This document shows positions 20,518 to 31,391 of a DNA stretch of 64,000 nucleotides, piece by piece. The translations under genes were made by a program, and so were the position numbers. Below the pieces are notes generated by a model. The model saw only the letters and a program-made list of their open reading frames with translations. It was not told the origin of the DNA and ran no database searches. Location of the stretch: contig JAISAB010000007.1 in the NCBI GenBank assembly GCA_031266915.1, positions 908 through 64,907 on the forward strand. Reading direction: 5' to 3'. The stretch is from Rickettsiales bacterium. Lineage in GTDB: Bacteria; Pseudomonadota; Alphaproteobacteria; Rs-D84. Each line of letters begins with the position of its first letter. Position 1 is the first letter of the stretch.

Positions 20518-23500
20518 ATGTTTAAACAAATATCCATTTTGGCCGTTTTATGCGCTGCGCCTGCGGCCGGTTTTGCCGCCGTTCTGGGCGGCAGTTACAC
20601 CTATTGCTCGCAAAACGGCGATGGAATCTGGGTCTGCGATCCGGTCGTTTGGAGCCAGCAGTCCGTCGGATCTGATGGCGCGCTGAATTACGTCGATACA
20701 ACCAGCAATTCGCTGGCCATCATGTCGGGCGGCGGATTAATCCTGGGGGATGGCAGCCAGAACAACGGCAACGCATTGGTCGTATCGGAAAGCGTTTATC
20801 TTGAAGGTATCGCTGGAACAACCGACCCCAGCGACCCTGATGGAATCCTGTACATAGAAAACTCGGCCACCGCCAGTTTCAGTATTACGGCGAACGGCAA
20901 CGTCAACATCGCGCAAAACCTGAACGTCGGCGCGGGCCGCGCGTTATTGCTGGGTGTCGGAAACCTGAGCAACGTAAGCATCGGTTCTATATCGAACTTG
21001 GGCGGGTTGGAGATTTCAGGAAACATCAACATATTAAACGTTGGAACGACGTCGGGTTCAGTGTTTACCGGCGGCGCGGTCACGACAAACGGTGACATGA
21101 CGCTGGGCGCCGCGACAATCAACACCGGCGTAATCACTAATAATTCGGGAAGCACCAGCATTACCGCCACGGGCGTGCTGACGATGGATGATTTTATCAG
21201 CAACAGCGCCGGAACGTCGGCAATTTCCGCGGATTCGATAAGCTTTGGCAATATCCAGAACAATTCGGGCGCGGGCGCGATGACGATTTCCGCCGCGACC
21301 AGCATGACCGGCACGGGCGGTATTCAGAATCTGTCGGATGCGCTGGTAACCATTAACGGTGGCGCGGTCACCGCGCAGACAATAACCAACAGTTCGAACA
21401 ACGGCGAGATTTTAATGAATGTCGCCAGCCTGACGCTGACCGGCGGCAATGGGTTTAACGCTTCGTTTGTGAACAAGGGCGATCTGGATGTAACCGTCGC
21501 CGGCGCGACGACTTTGGCGTACGGATTCGATTTAAGCGGCATGGCGAATACCAACAAGTTTTCGCTGAAGACGGGGACTTTGGCGTTCGGCAATCAGGCG
21601 TCTGCAGACGCGTGGCTGGCGCTGTTTTCGAATCGTTTGAATCTGTTCACGGTCGCGATAACCGGCGGCGATATAGGCAGTGCCTCAGCGCCGTTGAGCA
21701 TGATTAAAAATGGCGAGGGCAATACCGCCGGCGTCATGAATTTAACGTCGATGTCCGTGTATGCGGATTCCGTTCTGAATGCCGGACAGCAGCTGAACGT
21801 TACATCGACCAACGCGTCCGGCGGAATCTATGTCGGCACGACCGTGACCAATAACTTAGGTTCCATGACGATGGCTTCAAGCGGCGCATTGAATGTCACG
21901 GGCGGCGTAACAAATGACGCGACGATGACGCTGAACGGCAATGCGGTTACCTTGAATTCAGTCGAGAACGAAGGCATATTGAAAATTTCAGGGCTGACGG
22001 ATGCGACCGGAACAATCAAAGTTACCGGCAGTGTGGTCAATACGGTCGGAACGACAACAATCAACGCGCGCCAAATTGACATCGACGGCACGCTGACGAA
22101 CATTGCGGGCATCACGAACATCAGCGGTTCCGATTCGGCCGGCAACGGCATTGCAGTCGGCGACATCAACGTGGCCGGCGGGGTGGTAAATCTGGACGCC
22201 ACAATTGGAAAAATTATCGTCGACAATGCGATTTCCGTAAATGGCGGAGGCCTGAACTTTGGTCCGAACAGCAAAAGCGTCACCGCGGGTGACAGCATTA
22301 CGATAAGCGGCAATGTCACGGCCAGCGGCGCCGACGCCACAGATGCGGGCAATGGTGACGTGAATATCGCTGCGGTTGGACCGCAAGGCTTTTCGATGAC
22401 TTCGACCAACGGAAATATCACGATTTACGGCGATGTTTCCGTGATTGACAGCAACACCGCCCGAACGGTCGTGCTCGATTCCAAGGCTGCTGTTGACATC
22501 GCGGGCAATGTAACCGCGGGCGGCCAGGGACGCCTGACATTCGGCGATACATTGGCCCCCGGCGGCGTGTCGGCAACAAATTTGACGGTCGGCGGTCAAC
22601 TGGTATCCAATGCCGGCGGCATTGTCGACCTTAACATCGGCAACGTCAGCGTCGGCAGTTTATCCGGCGCGGGCAGATTCAATGCAACCGGTGCGATTAT
22701 CAAGGCGACATCCGCCATTGATAACGCGATAAATATTCAAAACGGAATCTGGTTTGACGGTACGAATCAAAATGCAACCAGCGGATTTATCGTAACCGGC
22801 ACGAGTGATTTGAGCTTGGTGACATCAGGCGCCGGCGCGGACATCAATGTCGCAGGCGGTATTGCGATTGGCGGCGGCAACACGCTGACGCTGAATTCAT
22901 CCGATCAGGTCGCGGTATCGGGCGCGGTGACAAACGCGGGAACTTTGAATGTTACCAAGGCGACGTCCGTATCATTCGTGAACGCGATTAATAATGCCAG
23001 CACGTTGAGTGTCGACGGCACGGCGCTGGGCGGCAGTATTGCATCCATAACCGCGAACGGGATTACAAATTCCGGCACGGCAACATTAAAGACATCAGGC
23101 GCATTAACTACAGGTGCCATCACCAACAGCGGAGCAATGACGGCCAATGCGAATTCCATTGTCGCGACCGCAATTAATTCGACCGCGGGCAGTCTGGATG
23201 TGACGGCGAATATGTTGAATATGACATTACTGAACGTGACCGGCGGTTATGTGAACTTAAATATGGACAATGTTTTTGCGACCGTAAGTATATCGGCCAC
23301 AGGTGATTTAGTCCAGGGCGCCGCGACGGGCATGTTGAATCTAACGAAAAATAATACGACATTATTTGCGAATAATTTGACAATTGGCGGCGACTTTATC
23401 GCCAATCAATACAGCGTGAAATATGATGTTGTGAGCGTATTTACTGTGACCGGCAATATGACCGTGGCATTCGGCGCAACGGTTGATGTCGACCCGAATA

Positions 23501-25779
23501 CAATCAGTATCGACGATGTGACGAATAACGGCACACTGCTGTTGACCGCGGATTCTGTGGACTTGGGCGATGTCGTAAATTCCGATAGCTTGACGATTAA
23601 TTCCGCGAATATTCTGACGGTCAACAGTTTTACAACAAATTCCACCAGCGGCACGACATTGACAGGCATCGGTCTGACATCCGCCGGCAATATCGAACTG
23701 GCTGGCCGATTGATGCAAAACGCGTCCGGCACGACCGGTAGCGGTGACGTGAATGTTGTGGCCAATAGCTATACTGTCAACGCGACAAGCATTATCGCGA
23801 ATGGAATCAACCAAAAATCCGGCATAATGACGTTGAACACAAGCGATTTGAAAATCGGCGAACGCGACTCTGTCTCGGGCAATATTACGAAGATTGGCAG
23901 CATTATCGCCACCGATTTGCGCGTTGCAGCTGCCGGCGCGAATTGGCTGAACGTCGATGTAACCGGAAGCGTTTCTGGCGGCGTCGACTTTATCGGTCTG
24001 GAAAGAATGACAGTCGGCGGAAATTATATCTTTGACGATGACAGTATTCTGATGGCGGCGATTTTGGACCGTAGCGTTACGGCTCATAATTACTGGGCGA
24101 CGGTCAGCTTAAGCGACGACAAAACACTGGGACAGATTACAAACGGCGCGAATCCTGAGCCCTTGATTTCCATCAACGGCAAATTTATTTCCCAGATGGA
24201 TTTCGACAATCCAAACATGTACTATGATTGGAACGACAAGACCGTTGGCGATGTCATGGACGGTCAGATGGGCGTCTATATCACGGACATCGTGGACCAG
24301 GGCAGCGCGATTTGGCTGATTCATGCGGACGGCGGCATCGAAGACGACGGCAAGAAACTGCGCAATGCGGTCGTTCGTTTCTGCAATGCGGACGGTTCAA
24401 TATGTTACAATTACATGGATTCGTTGCGACAGGGCAGCGCGAATGAAAACGATTTGCCGATTTATCTGTCGGCGCGCGATACCGATGGCGACGGCGAGGC
24501 CGACAGCTGGTACCTGGTGTTTGACCCGCGTTTCGGCGGGCCGGTGGAACTGTTCAAGATTCAGCCGATTGTCGGCCGCGAGGACATTCATACTGACGGA
24601 GAATACTTTACGGCCGGCGCGCTGGACGATTTGTTGGCGGGCCGCATGAATCAGACCGGTTTTTATAACCGCACGCCGATTGAATTGGTGCCGATTGTAT
24701 TTGAAAACACGAACTTGGAAACGATGTCCCGGGAATTGTACGACCGTATGGAACAGTATGTTCTGGACCGCAACGGCGCGGCGCTGGCGCGCTTCAGCCG
24801 CCTGTTCCAGCCGCGCGAGATAGAGCAGGTCGCCGGCGCCGTCGCCCTGAACGAACACACGACATTCCGCGATTTCGAATACCGTATGTTCGACGAATTT
24901 ATCTGGAATCGCAATCGCAGTCTGAAAAAGGCCTGGGTGGATGTAGATTTCGGCGCATGGAATCAAAATGTATCGGACGGCAAACGCGTCGATGGCGAAC
25001 GTTTCAGCATCCAGGGCGGATTCGACTGGCAGGATTCCAAGACTTTGATTCTGGGTATCGCTGGACATATTTCGCACATGGCCGGCAGCAACTGGGACGA
25101 AATGGATTTGGGATACAAGCCGGGCAAATCGATTGCCGGCCGCATGGACGTCGATGTCGCGACAACGAATATCGGCATGGGCGGTTATCTGATGAATACG
25201 CTGGGAACGGGGGCGCGTTTGTACGGCAATGCGTTTCTGGATTTGCATTTGTTCGACATTATTCGCGACCAGAACTTTGTCTCGACAATCAATGGTTCCG
25301 GCACGGCGTTCAGCATTATCACCGAATGGGGCCTGCTGCACGATTGGCTGAATCAGTACATCGTCGGCAACGCTTATGTGCGCGCCGGATACAATTTCGG
25401 CTTTGACATTACAGAGCAGGCCGATGGCGGCGATTATATGAAGCTGGAATCCGCAGGGTACATGATTTTGACGCCGGGTTATTCCCTGACCGCGCAGAAA
25501 AGAATCTATACATCGCCTTGGTTCCAAATCCGCCCGTATCTGTCGGTCGGCGCGGAATACGACATGTTGGGCATTCCGGACGCCGCGCAGTTTAAATTCG
25601 CGTATGCGAACAAGTTCACGGACTATGACATAAACATCGACCCATTGTGGGTGAACGGCGGCGGCGGCATGGAATTCCTGGGGGCCAGTGGATTCCAGTT
25701 CGGCGTCGATTACCGCTATCAGCACAATGCCGACATCCAGATGCACAAAATCAAGCTGTCCGGTTCGTACAGATTTTAA
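20518..25779 (+). CDS. Large autotransporter-like outer-membrane protein
   Basis: Signal peptide, long G/N/T/S-rich beta-helix-like passenger, C-terminal beta-barrel ending in YRF. Confidence 0.85.
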   Translation: MFKQISILAVLCAAPAAGFAAVLGGSYTYCSQNGDGIWVCDPVVWSQQSVGSDGALNYVDTTSNSLAIMSGGGLILGDGSQNNGNALVVSESVYLEGIAGTTDPSDPDGILYIENSATASFSITANGNVNIAQNLNVGAGRALLLGVGNLSNVSIGSISNLGGLEISGNINILNVGTTSGSVFTGGAVTTNGDMTLGAATINTGVITNNSGSTSITATGVLTMDDFISNSAGTSAISADSISFGNIQNNSGAGAMTISAATSMTGTGGIQNLSDALVTINGGAVTAQTITNSSNNGEILMNVASLTLTGGNGFNASFVNKGDLDVTVAGATTLAYGFDLSGMANTNKFSLKTGTLAFGNQASADAWLALFSNRLNLFTVAITGGDIGSASAPLSMIKNGEGNTAGVMNLTSMSVYADSVLNAGQQLNVTSTNASGGIYVGTTVTNNLGSMTMASSGALNVTGGVTNDATMTLNGNAVTLNSVENEGILKISGLTDATGTIKVTGSVVNTVGTTTINARQIDIDGTLTNIAGITNISGSDSAGNGIAVGDINVAGGVVNLDATIGKIIVDNAISVNGGGLNFGPNSKSVTAGDSITISGNVTASGADATDAGNGDVNIAAVGPQGFSMTSTNGNITIYGDVSVIDSNTARTVVLDSKAAVDIAGNVTAGGQGRLTFGDTLAPGGVSATNLTVGGQLVSNAGGIVDLNIGNVSVGSLSGAGRFNATGAIIKATSAIDNAINIQNGIWFDGTNQNATSGFIVTGTSDLSLVTSGAGADINVAGGIAIGGGNTLTLNSSDQVAVSGAVTNAGTLNVTKATSVSFVNAINNASTLSVDGTALGGSIASITANGITNSGTATLKTSGALTTGAITNSGAMTANANSIVATAINSTAGSLDVTANMLNMTLLNVTGGYVNLNMDNVFATVSISATGDLVQGAATGMLNLTKNNTTLFANNLTIGGDFIANQYSVKYDVVSVFTVTGNMTVAFGATVDVDPNTISIDDVTNNGTLLLTADSVDLGDVVNSDSLTINSANILTVNSFTTNSTSGTTLTGIGLTSAGNIELAGRLMQNASGTTGSGDVNVVANSYTVNATSIIANGINQKSGIMTLNTSDLKIGERDSVSGNITKIGSIIATDLRVAAAGANWLNVDVTGSVSGGVDFIGLERMTVGGNYIFDDDSILMAAILDRSVTAHNYWATVSLSDDKTLGQITNGANPEPLISINGKFISQMDFDNPNMYYDWNDKTVGDVMDGQMGVYITDIVDQGSAIWLIHADGGIEDDGKKLRNAVVRFCNADGSICYNYMDSLRQGSANENDLPIYLSARDTDGDGEADSWYLVFDPRFGGPVELFKIQPIVGREDIHTDGEYFTAGALDDLLAGRMNQTGFYNRTPIELVPIVFENTNLETMSRELYDRMEQYVLDRNGAALARFSRLFQPREIEQVAGAVALNEHTTFRDFEYRMFDEFIWNRNRSLKKAWVDVDFGAWNQNVSDGKRVDGERFSIQGGFDWQDSKTLILGIAGHISHMAGSNWDEMDLGYKPGKSIAGRMDVDVATTNIGMGGYLMNTLGTGARLYGNAFLDLHLFDIIRDQNFVSTINGSGTAFSIITEWGLLHDWLNQYIVGNAYVRAGYNFGFDITEQADGGDYMKLESAGYMILTPGYSLTAQKRIYTSPWFQIRPYLSVGAEYDMLGIPDAAQFKFAYANKFTDYDINIDPLWVNGGGGMEFLGASGFQFGVDYRYQHNADIQMHKIKLSGSYRF

Positions 25780-25889
25780 AAAATCAATTTCTGCGGGCGC
25801 GATGTTGCGTTCACATTCCCTCGCGTACGTATGTGTACGCGTCGGGTCTGTGAAACGCCGCTACCCGCCGTGCATAAATTGATTTTTAC

Positions 25890-25916
25890 AAAAAACCGCC
25901 CGATGGGCGGTTTTTT
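25890..25916. terminator. Intrinsic terminator
   Basis: aaaaaaccgccc-gat-gggcggtttttt. Confidence 0.75.
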
Positions 25917-26144
25917 CGTGATTCGTAAAATACCAAATTGTCATTGCGAGGGGCGACAGCCCCGTGGCAATCCAGATAATATAGAGCGCGACTTCGCCGC
26001 ACTTATTTTATCACTAGATTGCTTCGTAGGATTCGCCGTCGCTTTGCGCCGTGCCAATCCTTCTCGCAATGACACGGTGGTGATAATATTCTCAATTTCT
26101 AACAAGCGTTTCAATTCTTGTGTAATACGCGGATTTTAATTTTC

Positions 26145-26411
26145 TTGCATTGCCCGGGATTTATTTCTATAATTCAATTCGAAACAACAGGGATGTTGGT
26201 TCAGGGACTTGAAAATCCTAATAACATAACGGCGCTTAGCGGCGCTGAATCCGACGGATGAAATATGGACGCGGATGCGTCTTTTATTTTATCAACCCGA
26301 CCGCACAGGTCGGGGGTCCGCGACCATACAACAGGTTCGCCGAAAGTCGCGGGGTCATTTTATGTTATGATTTTTCAAATCCCCGACCGCCAATTCCTTG
26401 GCGGTTTTTTT
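26145..26411 (+). promoter_or_regulatory. Sigma70 promoter plus attenuator-like leader, copy B
   Basis: TTGCAT-17 bp-TATAAT; GGGACTTGAAAATC...ATAACATAA pairs with TTATGTTATGATTTTTCAAATCCC; inner hairpin CCCGACC-GCACA-GGTCGGG; terminator ACCGCCA...TGGCGGT plus T-tract. Confidence 0.7.
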
Positions 26412-26433
26412 GATGAAAAAAAAGGGATTGAAA

Positions 26434-27081
26434 ATGAGAAAAATTTTGTTCGTTCTGCTGTTTGGATGTTTGGCTGTCATCGGCCGCGCAAATGCCGAGA
26501 TATATTATGCCCAGGACTGCTTGTTCGGGCTTGAATCCGACGGGGCGCTTTTCGCCTATGATAACTATGATTGCAATTCCGCGAATGGGTGGGGATATTA
26601 TTGCCCGAATTATATGTGCAATCCGGGCGCGGATGTTTATTATCTCAATGATGGGGATAAAGTCAGAATTGATTGTTCTATTCCGGCATCGAACGTAAAA
26701 GTAGACGTGCCGTCATACTTTGTATGCAGTCACATGCATGCCAGTTTTACTGTCCAGGAAATCTGCAATACATGCAATGTTTCGCCCAATTCCAGTTGGA
26801 CGGCGGCCGGCGCCGGATATGAAAAGTCTACAACGTATCGAACATGCGCCGATGAATGCGAGTGCGATAGTTGCTACAACACCACCCAATACCGCTGCGC
26901 CGCGAATTATTACGGCAGCTCGGCCGACGGAACAACCGGTTGCGCGCAGTGTCCCGAAGACGGGCGAAGCAATGCCGGCAGCCTTGCGATAACCCTGTGC
27001 TATATTCCGCTGGGAGCAACCGGCACCGACAATTACGGTTCGTACGAAATAGCGGACAGCGATTGTTATTACGCGCAATGA
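26434..27081 (+). CDS. Secreted cysteine-rich protein
   Basis: Signal peptide MRKILFVLLFGCLAVIGRANA; Cys-rich, YRCAANYYG...CAQCP...ITLCYIP. Confidence 0.85.
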   Translation: MRKILFVLLFGCLAVIGRANAEIYYAQDCLFGLESDGALFAYDNYDCNSANGWGYYCPNYMCNPGADVYYLNDGDKVRIDCSIPASNVKVDVPSYFVCSHMHASFTVQEICNTCNVSPNSSWTAAGAGYEKSTTYRTCADECECDSCYNTTQYRCAANYYGSSADGTTGCAQCPEDGRSNAGSLAITLCYIPLGATGTDNYGSYEIADSDCYYAQ

Positions 27082-27228
27082 TAAAAAATAGTTTCAGCAA
27101 TTTTTGACTATTGAGTCTTCTTATAAAAATATTGATTTTTAGGTCGATTTCTGGTACTATGACCAGAAGTAAATTTTAATTCAGCCCCATTTTGATGGGG
27201 CTTTTTTTCACAATAAAAAGGATGAAAT

Positions 27229-28158
27229 ATGGCAAATAGTAATTGCACCGGCACGGTCATAGTTGGCGGATACACACGCAGCGACGGAACGGAAGTATCG
27301 GGTTATACTCGTACATGTCCATACCCGCATGATAATTCGGAAAAATCCAAACTTGCGGATACTAAAAGGCAAAAAGAAGCATTATATGAACGCGGGTATT
27401 ACAAACCCAGCGCAGGGGAATCCGTCGGAAGTCTTAGCAATATGAACAACCAAAATCTGACTGATGCGATAAAGGAATTTCAGACAGATAATAATTTACC
27501 TGCGACTGGAACAATGAACGACTTGACGCGCGACGCGTTGAATGATGGTGTGTCAATGAAATTCGATAACAATATGAACGACGAAGATTTATTACAAAAA
27601 GCGCAAAAAGAGATTGTTAAAAATGAAGGTAGTCCTAAACACGCCTATGCAGACACCAAGGGCAATGTGACCGTGGGTAAAGGCAAGAAAATCAACAATC
27701 GCTAAGAGATGAAAAATGTTGCGATGATAAATCGTGAAACAAAACAGCCCGCAACCGATTCAGAAAAAATGGCGGAGTATGACCGAATAAGCGCAGCCGT
27801 TAAAGAATTAGGTAAAAATGGCGATGGCACCCAACCGTACAATCACACTGCGGATAAATATGAAAAATTCACGACTCTTCGCATTACGCCCGAAGAATCC
27901 GGACGTTTAGTCGCGGACCATATTCGAAAAGATTTGGCGGCAATTCGCAGAAAGTTTCCAGAATTTGATTCGTATTCCGAACGTAGAAAACTGGTTATTA
28001 TGGATATGCAATACAATCACGGCGGGTTTGGGAAATTTCCAATTTTTTCCAAAGCCGTGGAGAACGGACATTGGAAAATCGCCGCGGAACACAGCAAATC
28101 CGGCGACATCCCAAGATGGCGCAACAAATGGCGGTATGACGGATTACTGGACGAATAA
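27229..28158 (+). pseudogene. Peptidoglycan-binding plus lysozyme (GH24-like) protein split by an in-frame TAA at 27703-27705
   Basis: PG-binding motif AIKEFQTDNNLPATG; catalytic motif NEG...AYADTKGNVTVG just before the stop; same frame resumes with VIMDMQYNHG...FPIFSKAV...W. Confidence 0.7.
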
Positions 28159-28182
28159 AACCGGGGATTATCCCCCGGTTTT
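28157..28182. terminator. Bidirectional terminator between convergent genes
   Basis: aaaaccgggg...ccccggtttt. Confidence 0.7.
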
Positions 28183-28701
28183 ATTAAGATAGAATATACC
28201 GCCCCAATATTTGCATGCCTGCTTATTTTCTTCGGCAGAACACATTTTATAATGTTTTTTGCCGCGAAAATAATTAGCATACGAAATTACATCATAATCT
28301 ACGTTTTTATAGTCTGATATATAATGACATAACCTTATATATGGGGTTTGAAATTCTTTATTCCACCAATCTTCCTCGGACATTAAAGATAACGCTTTGC
28401 AATCAAAATATATACATGGCTGCATATCGCCTCTCCCCCAGTCTTCTACAATTTTCTTATCAAGAACGCACGAATACTCCCCACCATATTCGTCTTGGTT
28501 TATGATACGGAATTCATTGCCGTTTTTAGTGATAATCAATTTTGGGTCGCTTTCATCCCACCCCGTCTTGGATATGCGGAATGTCCCGATATAATCATTT
28601 ATATCAAATTCGTCTTTTTGCGTGATGCCGCCCGTTTGCCGCGAATCCGCACAGGCGGCAATGGCAAACAATACGGCTGAAATGAGTAATATATTTTTCA
28701 T
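28168..28701 (-). CDS. Hypothetical lipoprotein
   Basis: MKNILLISAVLFAIAAC lipobox. Confidence 0.75.
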   Translation of the reverse strand: MKNILLISAVLFAIAACADSRQTGGITQKDEFDINDYIGTFRISKTGWDESDPKLIITKNGNEFRIINQDEYGGEYSCVLDKKIVEDWGRGDMQPCIYFDCKALSLMSEEDWWNKEFQTPYIRLCHYISDYKNVDYDVISYANYFRGKKHYKMCSAEENKQACKYWGGIFYLNKTGG

Positions 28702-28780
28702 ATCATGAATTTTATTTAATCTTGCAGAATAAGTCAAATGCTTATCAAGCAGATTTTTCTTATGTTATGAATCATTTTTA

Positions 28781-28975
28781 TGTTATAATCACAATGCTTC
28801 CAATCGGGGGCCGAGGCTTGAAAATCTCGCAATTGATGCGCCTGGGATAGGCGCATAAGAAAACGTATCCCGCTTGTGGCGGGATTGTCTCCGCTATATA
28901 TCGAAAGCGGCGACGGTCGTTCAATTGCGATTTTTCAAAGTCCCGCCGCCTTTTGGCAACTGCAACCAAAAAGGA
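28781..28975 (+). promoter_or_regulatory. Extended -10 promoter plus structured leader, copy C (last stem covers the RBS)
   Basis: TGTTATAAT; TTGAAAATCTCGCAATTGA pairs with TCAATTGCGATTTTTCAA; inner hairpin ATCCCGC-TTGTG-GCGGGAT; CCTTTTGG pairs with CCAAAAAGG over AAGGA. Confidence 0.6.
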
Positions 28976-28982
28976 TAACCAA

Positions 28983-29705
28983 ATGAAAAAAATATCAATA
29001 ATCGCCGTACTCGCCGCGGCCCTTGGCGCCTGCGACAAATATGAAACCGTGTACCTGGATTGCGGTCCATGGGATGTCGTCGCCAAAATATCGAACCAAA
29101 AGGCAACCTTGAATATTTCGGTTGAAGAAAATAATACATTCAGTCTGGACGAGTACTATCCGGAATTGCAAAATGCCAAAAATCTGAAAGTGGATTTGGC
29201 TCGCGTCGCCAGCAGATTCAGCGATAATTGGGTTGATTTTGTCGGCAAAATTCCGGGGGCGGAAAATGAAACCGGCATAGATGTGAGATATAACCACAAA
29301 TTCAAACGATTCGTTGTTTCCGGTTTTACTGTGAAGGAAAACCATACTTGGAGCTGTAATACATTGACGAAACTGCCGGTAAAGATAGAACAACCGAAAA
29401 ATCTGGCGCGCGTCGGCAAAAAAGAACGCGCCCGCGTGGAATCATGCATCGATTATATTGTCAAGAACGCCCAGGTGATGTACGGTCCGGACGGCATGGA
29501 TTTGCAATTTAAAGACAGCGAAGGAAAATGGATGGACATCAATCAGGAAACGGCGCTGTCGTTGTCCAAAAATTGGGATTTCAATGATATGAAACTGTAT
29601 CAGAACAATGCCGACGGCTATCTGTTCGATTATGAATTGGACGCCTGCGATACAATGTCCAGGATGCAGGAATTTCTGAAACAGATAATAAATAATAAAG
29701 AATAG
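28983..29705 (+). CDS. Hypothetical lipoprotein
   Basis: MKKISIIAVLAAALGAC lipobox; AAGGA RBS. Confidence 0.8.
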   Translation: MKKISIIAVLAAALGACDKYETVYLDCGPWDVVAKISNQKATLNISVEENNTFSLDEYYPELQNAKNLKVDLARVASRFSDNWVDFVGKIPGAENETGIDVRYNHKFKRFVVSGFTVKENHTWSCNTLTKLPVKIEQPKNLARVGKKERARVESCIDYIVKNAQVMYGPDGMDLQFKDSEGKWMDINQETALSLSKNWDFNDMKLYQNNADGYLFDYELDACDTMSRMQEFLKQIINNKE

Positions 29706-29955
29706 AGAATAAAGTAGGGGCGCATATTTGCGCCCTTTTTATTCCCCTCCATAGGAGGAGAATTCAGACCGAGCACATCATTTTTACTTTTGTTTCACTG
29801 GATTGCCGCGGGGCTAACGCCCCTAGCAATGACATAGTGGTTGGTATTGGGTATTTGGAATATCATCCATTATCCCTTATCCATCATCCATTATCCCTTA
29901 TCCATCATCCATTAACTATTATCTGTGCTCTGTTAATTGTTAACTGAAAATATCG

Positions 29956-30699
29956 CTACATCACGAAATCTTCGCCTAGGTAGACTTTCTTGACCTTTTC
30001 GTCCCGGACGATTTCTTCGGTCGTGCCGTGCTTTAAAATCTTGCCGTCGTGCAGGACATAGCTGCGGTCGGTAATGCCCAGGGTCTCGCGCACGTTATGG
30101 TCGGTGATGATAACGCCCAGCCCGCGGTTTTTCAACTGGGACACCAACGAACGAATATCGTTCACCGCAATCGGGTCGATGCCGGCAAAAGGTTCGTCTA
30201 GCAGAATAAACTTCGGATCGTTGGCCAGCGCGCGCGCGATTTCGACGCGGCGGCGCTCGCCCCCAGACAATGCGGTCGCAGGACTGCGCCGCAGGTGCGT
30301 TATGGAAAATTCATCCAGCAAATCGTCCAGTTTCCTTTTGCGGCGACGGGCGTCGAGTTCGACAACCTCCAGTATGGCCATGATGTTCTGTTCGACCGTC
30401 AGGCCGCGAAACACGCTGTTTTCTTGGGGCAGATAGCCAATCTTTAACCGCGCGCGCTGATAGAACGGCAGATGGGTGATGTCTTGGGAATTCAAGAAGA
30501 TTTGCCCGCCGGTCGCGGACAGCTGGCCCGTGATGCAGTAAAAGGCGGTCGTCTTGCCTGCGCCGTTGGGCCCCAACAGGCCGACCGATTCGCCGGTTCG
30601 GACCTCCATGGAAATGTCCTGGATGACCATGCGCCGGCCGTACGACTTGGACAAGTGTTCGATTTTTAGAATGCTGCGTTTCATATTTGGACCGCTCAT
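29956..30699 (-). CDS. lptB: LPS export ABC transporter ATP-binding protein
   Basis: GPNGAGKTT, IGYLPQE, LSGGERRRVEIARALA, LLDEPFAGIDP, ITDHNVRETL. Confidence 0.96.
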   Translation of the reverse strand: MSGPNMKRSILKIEHLSKSYGRRMVIQDISMEVRTGESVGLLGPNGAGKTTAFYCITGQLSATGGQIFLNSQDITHLPFYQRARLKIGYLPQENSVFRGLTVEQNIMAILEVVELDARRRKRKLDDLLDEFSITHLRRSPATALSGGERRRVEIARALANDPKFILLDEPFAGIDPIAVNDIRSLVSQLKNRGLGVIITDHNVRETLGITDRSYVLHDGKILKHGTTEEIVRDEKVKKVYLGEDFVM

Positions 30700-31175
30700 A
30701 ATTGCACCACCAGTTCGTCGGTTAAGATTTTATCACCGTTGTCGGAATCCACGCGTACGTTCCCTGACAAAGTAATCGTCTGATTGGCGCGGTTGTAATA
30801 TCCTCGGTTTCCGGAAATTTTGTCTTTTATTTTTTTCCCGTCGGCAACGCGTACGTTCGTGCCAGATATTTTTTCGACATAAATCATGTCGGGATTATCG
30901 TATTCCTGGCGAGCAACTGCCGCGCGTAGGGTAAAGGGCTCGCCATTTTTGTCCGTTCCAGCAAAGGCAGCATTTGACATTCTGAATTGGTTGCTGGCGA
31001 TTTCTTTCATATTTATGGCGGAAATCGGCGTCCACAGCAGCTGGCGCGTGAACAATGTGCCCGCGACCAGCGCGGCGACCATGACCAGTCCCCATCCGGT
31101 AAAGAAAAATTGCCACAGGCGCTTCAATCGTCTGTGCTGGTTGAAAATGATAAAGCTGCGCTTGCTTCCGGTCAC
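30696..31175 (-). CDS. lptC: LPS export protein LptC-like
   Basis: One TM helix plus beta-jellyroll pattern (FAGTDKNGEPFTLRA, ITLSGNVRV); overlaps lptB start. Confidence 0.75.
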   Translation of the reverse strand: MTGSKRSFIIFNQHRRLKRLWQFFFTGWGLVMVAALVAGTLFTRQLLWTPISAINMKEIASNQFRMSNAAFAGTDKNGEPFTLRAAVARQEYDNPDMIYVEKISGTNVRVADGKKIKDKISGNRGYYNRANQTITLSGNVRVDSDNGDKILTDELVVQL

Positions 31176-31391
31176 GGTCTCAGTCTAGAGCACTTGGCGT
31201 TGAAAGTCAATAGTAGCTAGTCGCTAGTAACTAGTAGCTAATCAATGGTCATTAGCGTATAGTGATTGACGACATCCGTTGTCTGTTATCTGCCACTATT
31301 GATTAAACTACTAGTTACTAGCGACTAGCTACTAGCTACTAATTTTTATATTTCATCCAGTCCGGTTTTGTGATATAATCAACCAAGAGAG

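Noticed and set aside
24397-25746. Long antisense ORFs (also 3185-4123, 9956-10996, 32578-33750, 60151-61374)
   Set aside because: Shadow frames of well-supported GC-rich genes on the opposite strand
27703-27705. Alternative genetic code suggested by the in-frame TAA
   Set aside because: TAA, TAG and TGA all end conserved genes normally in this window
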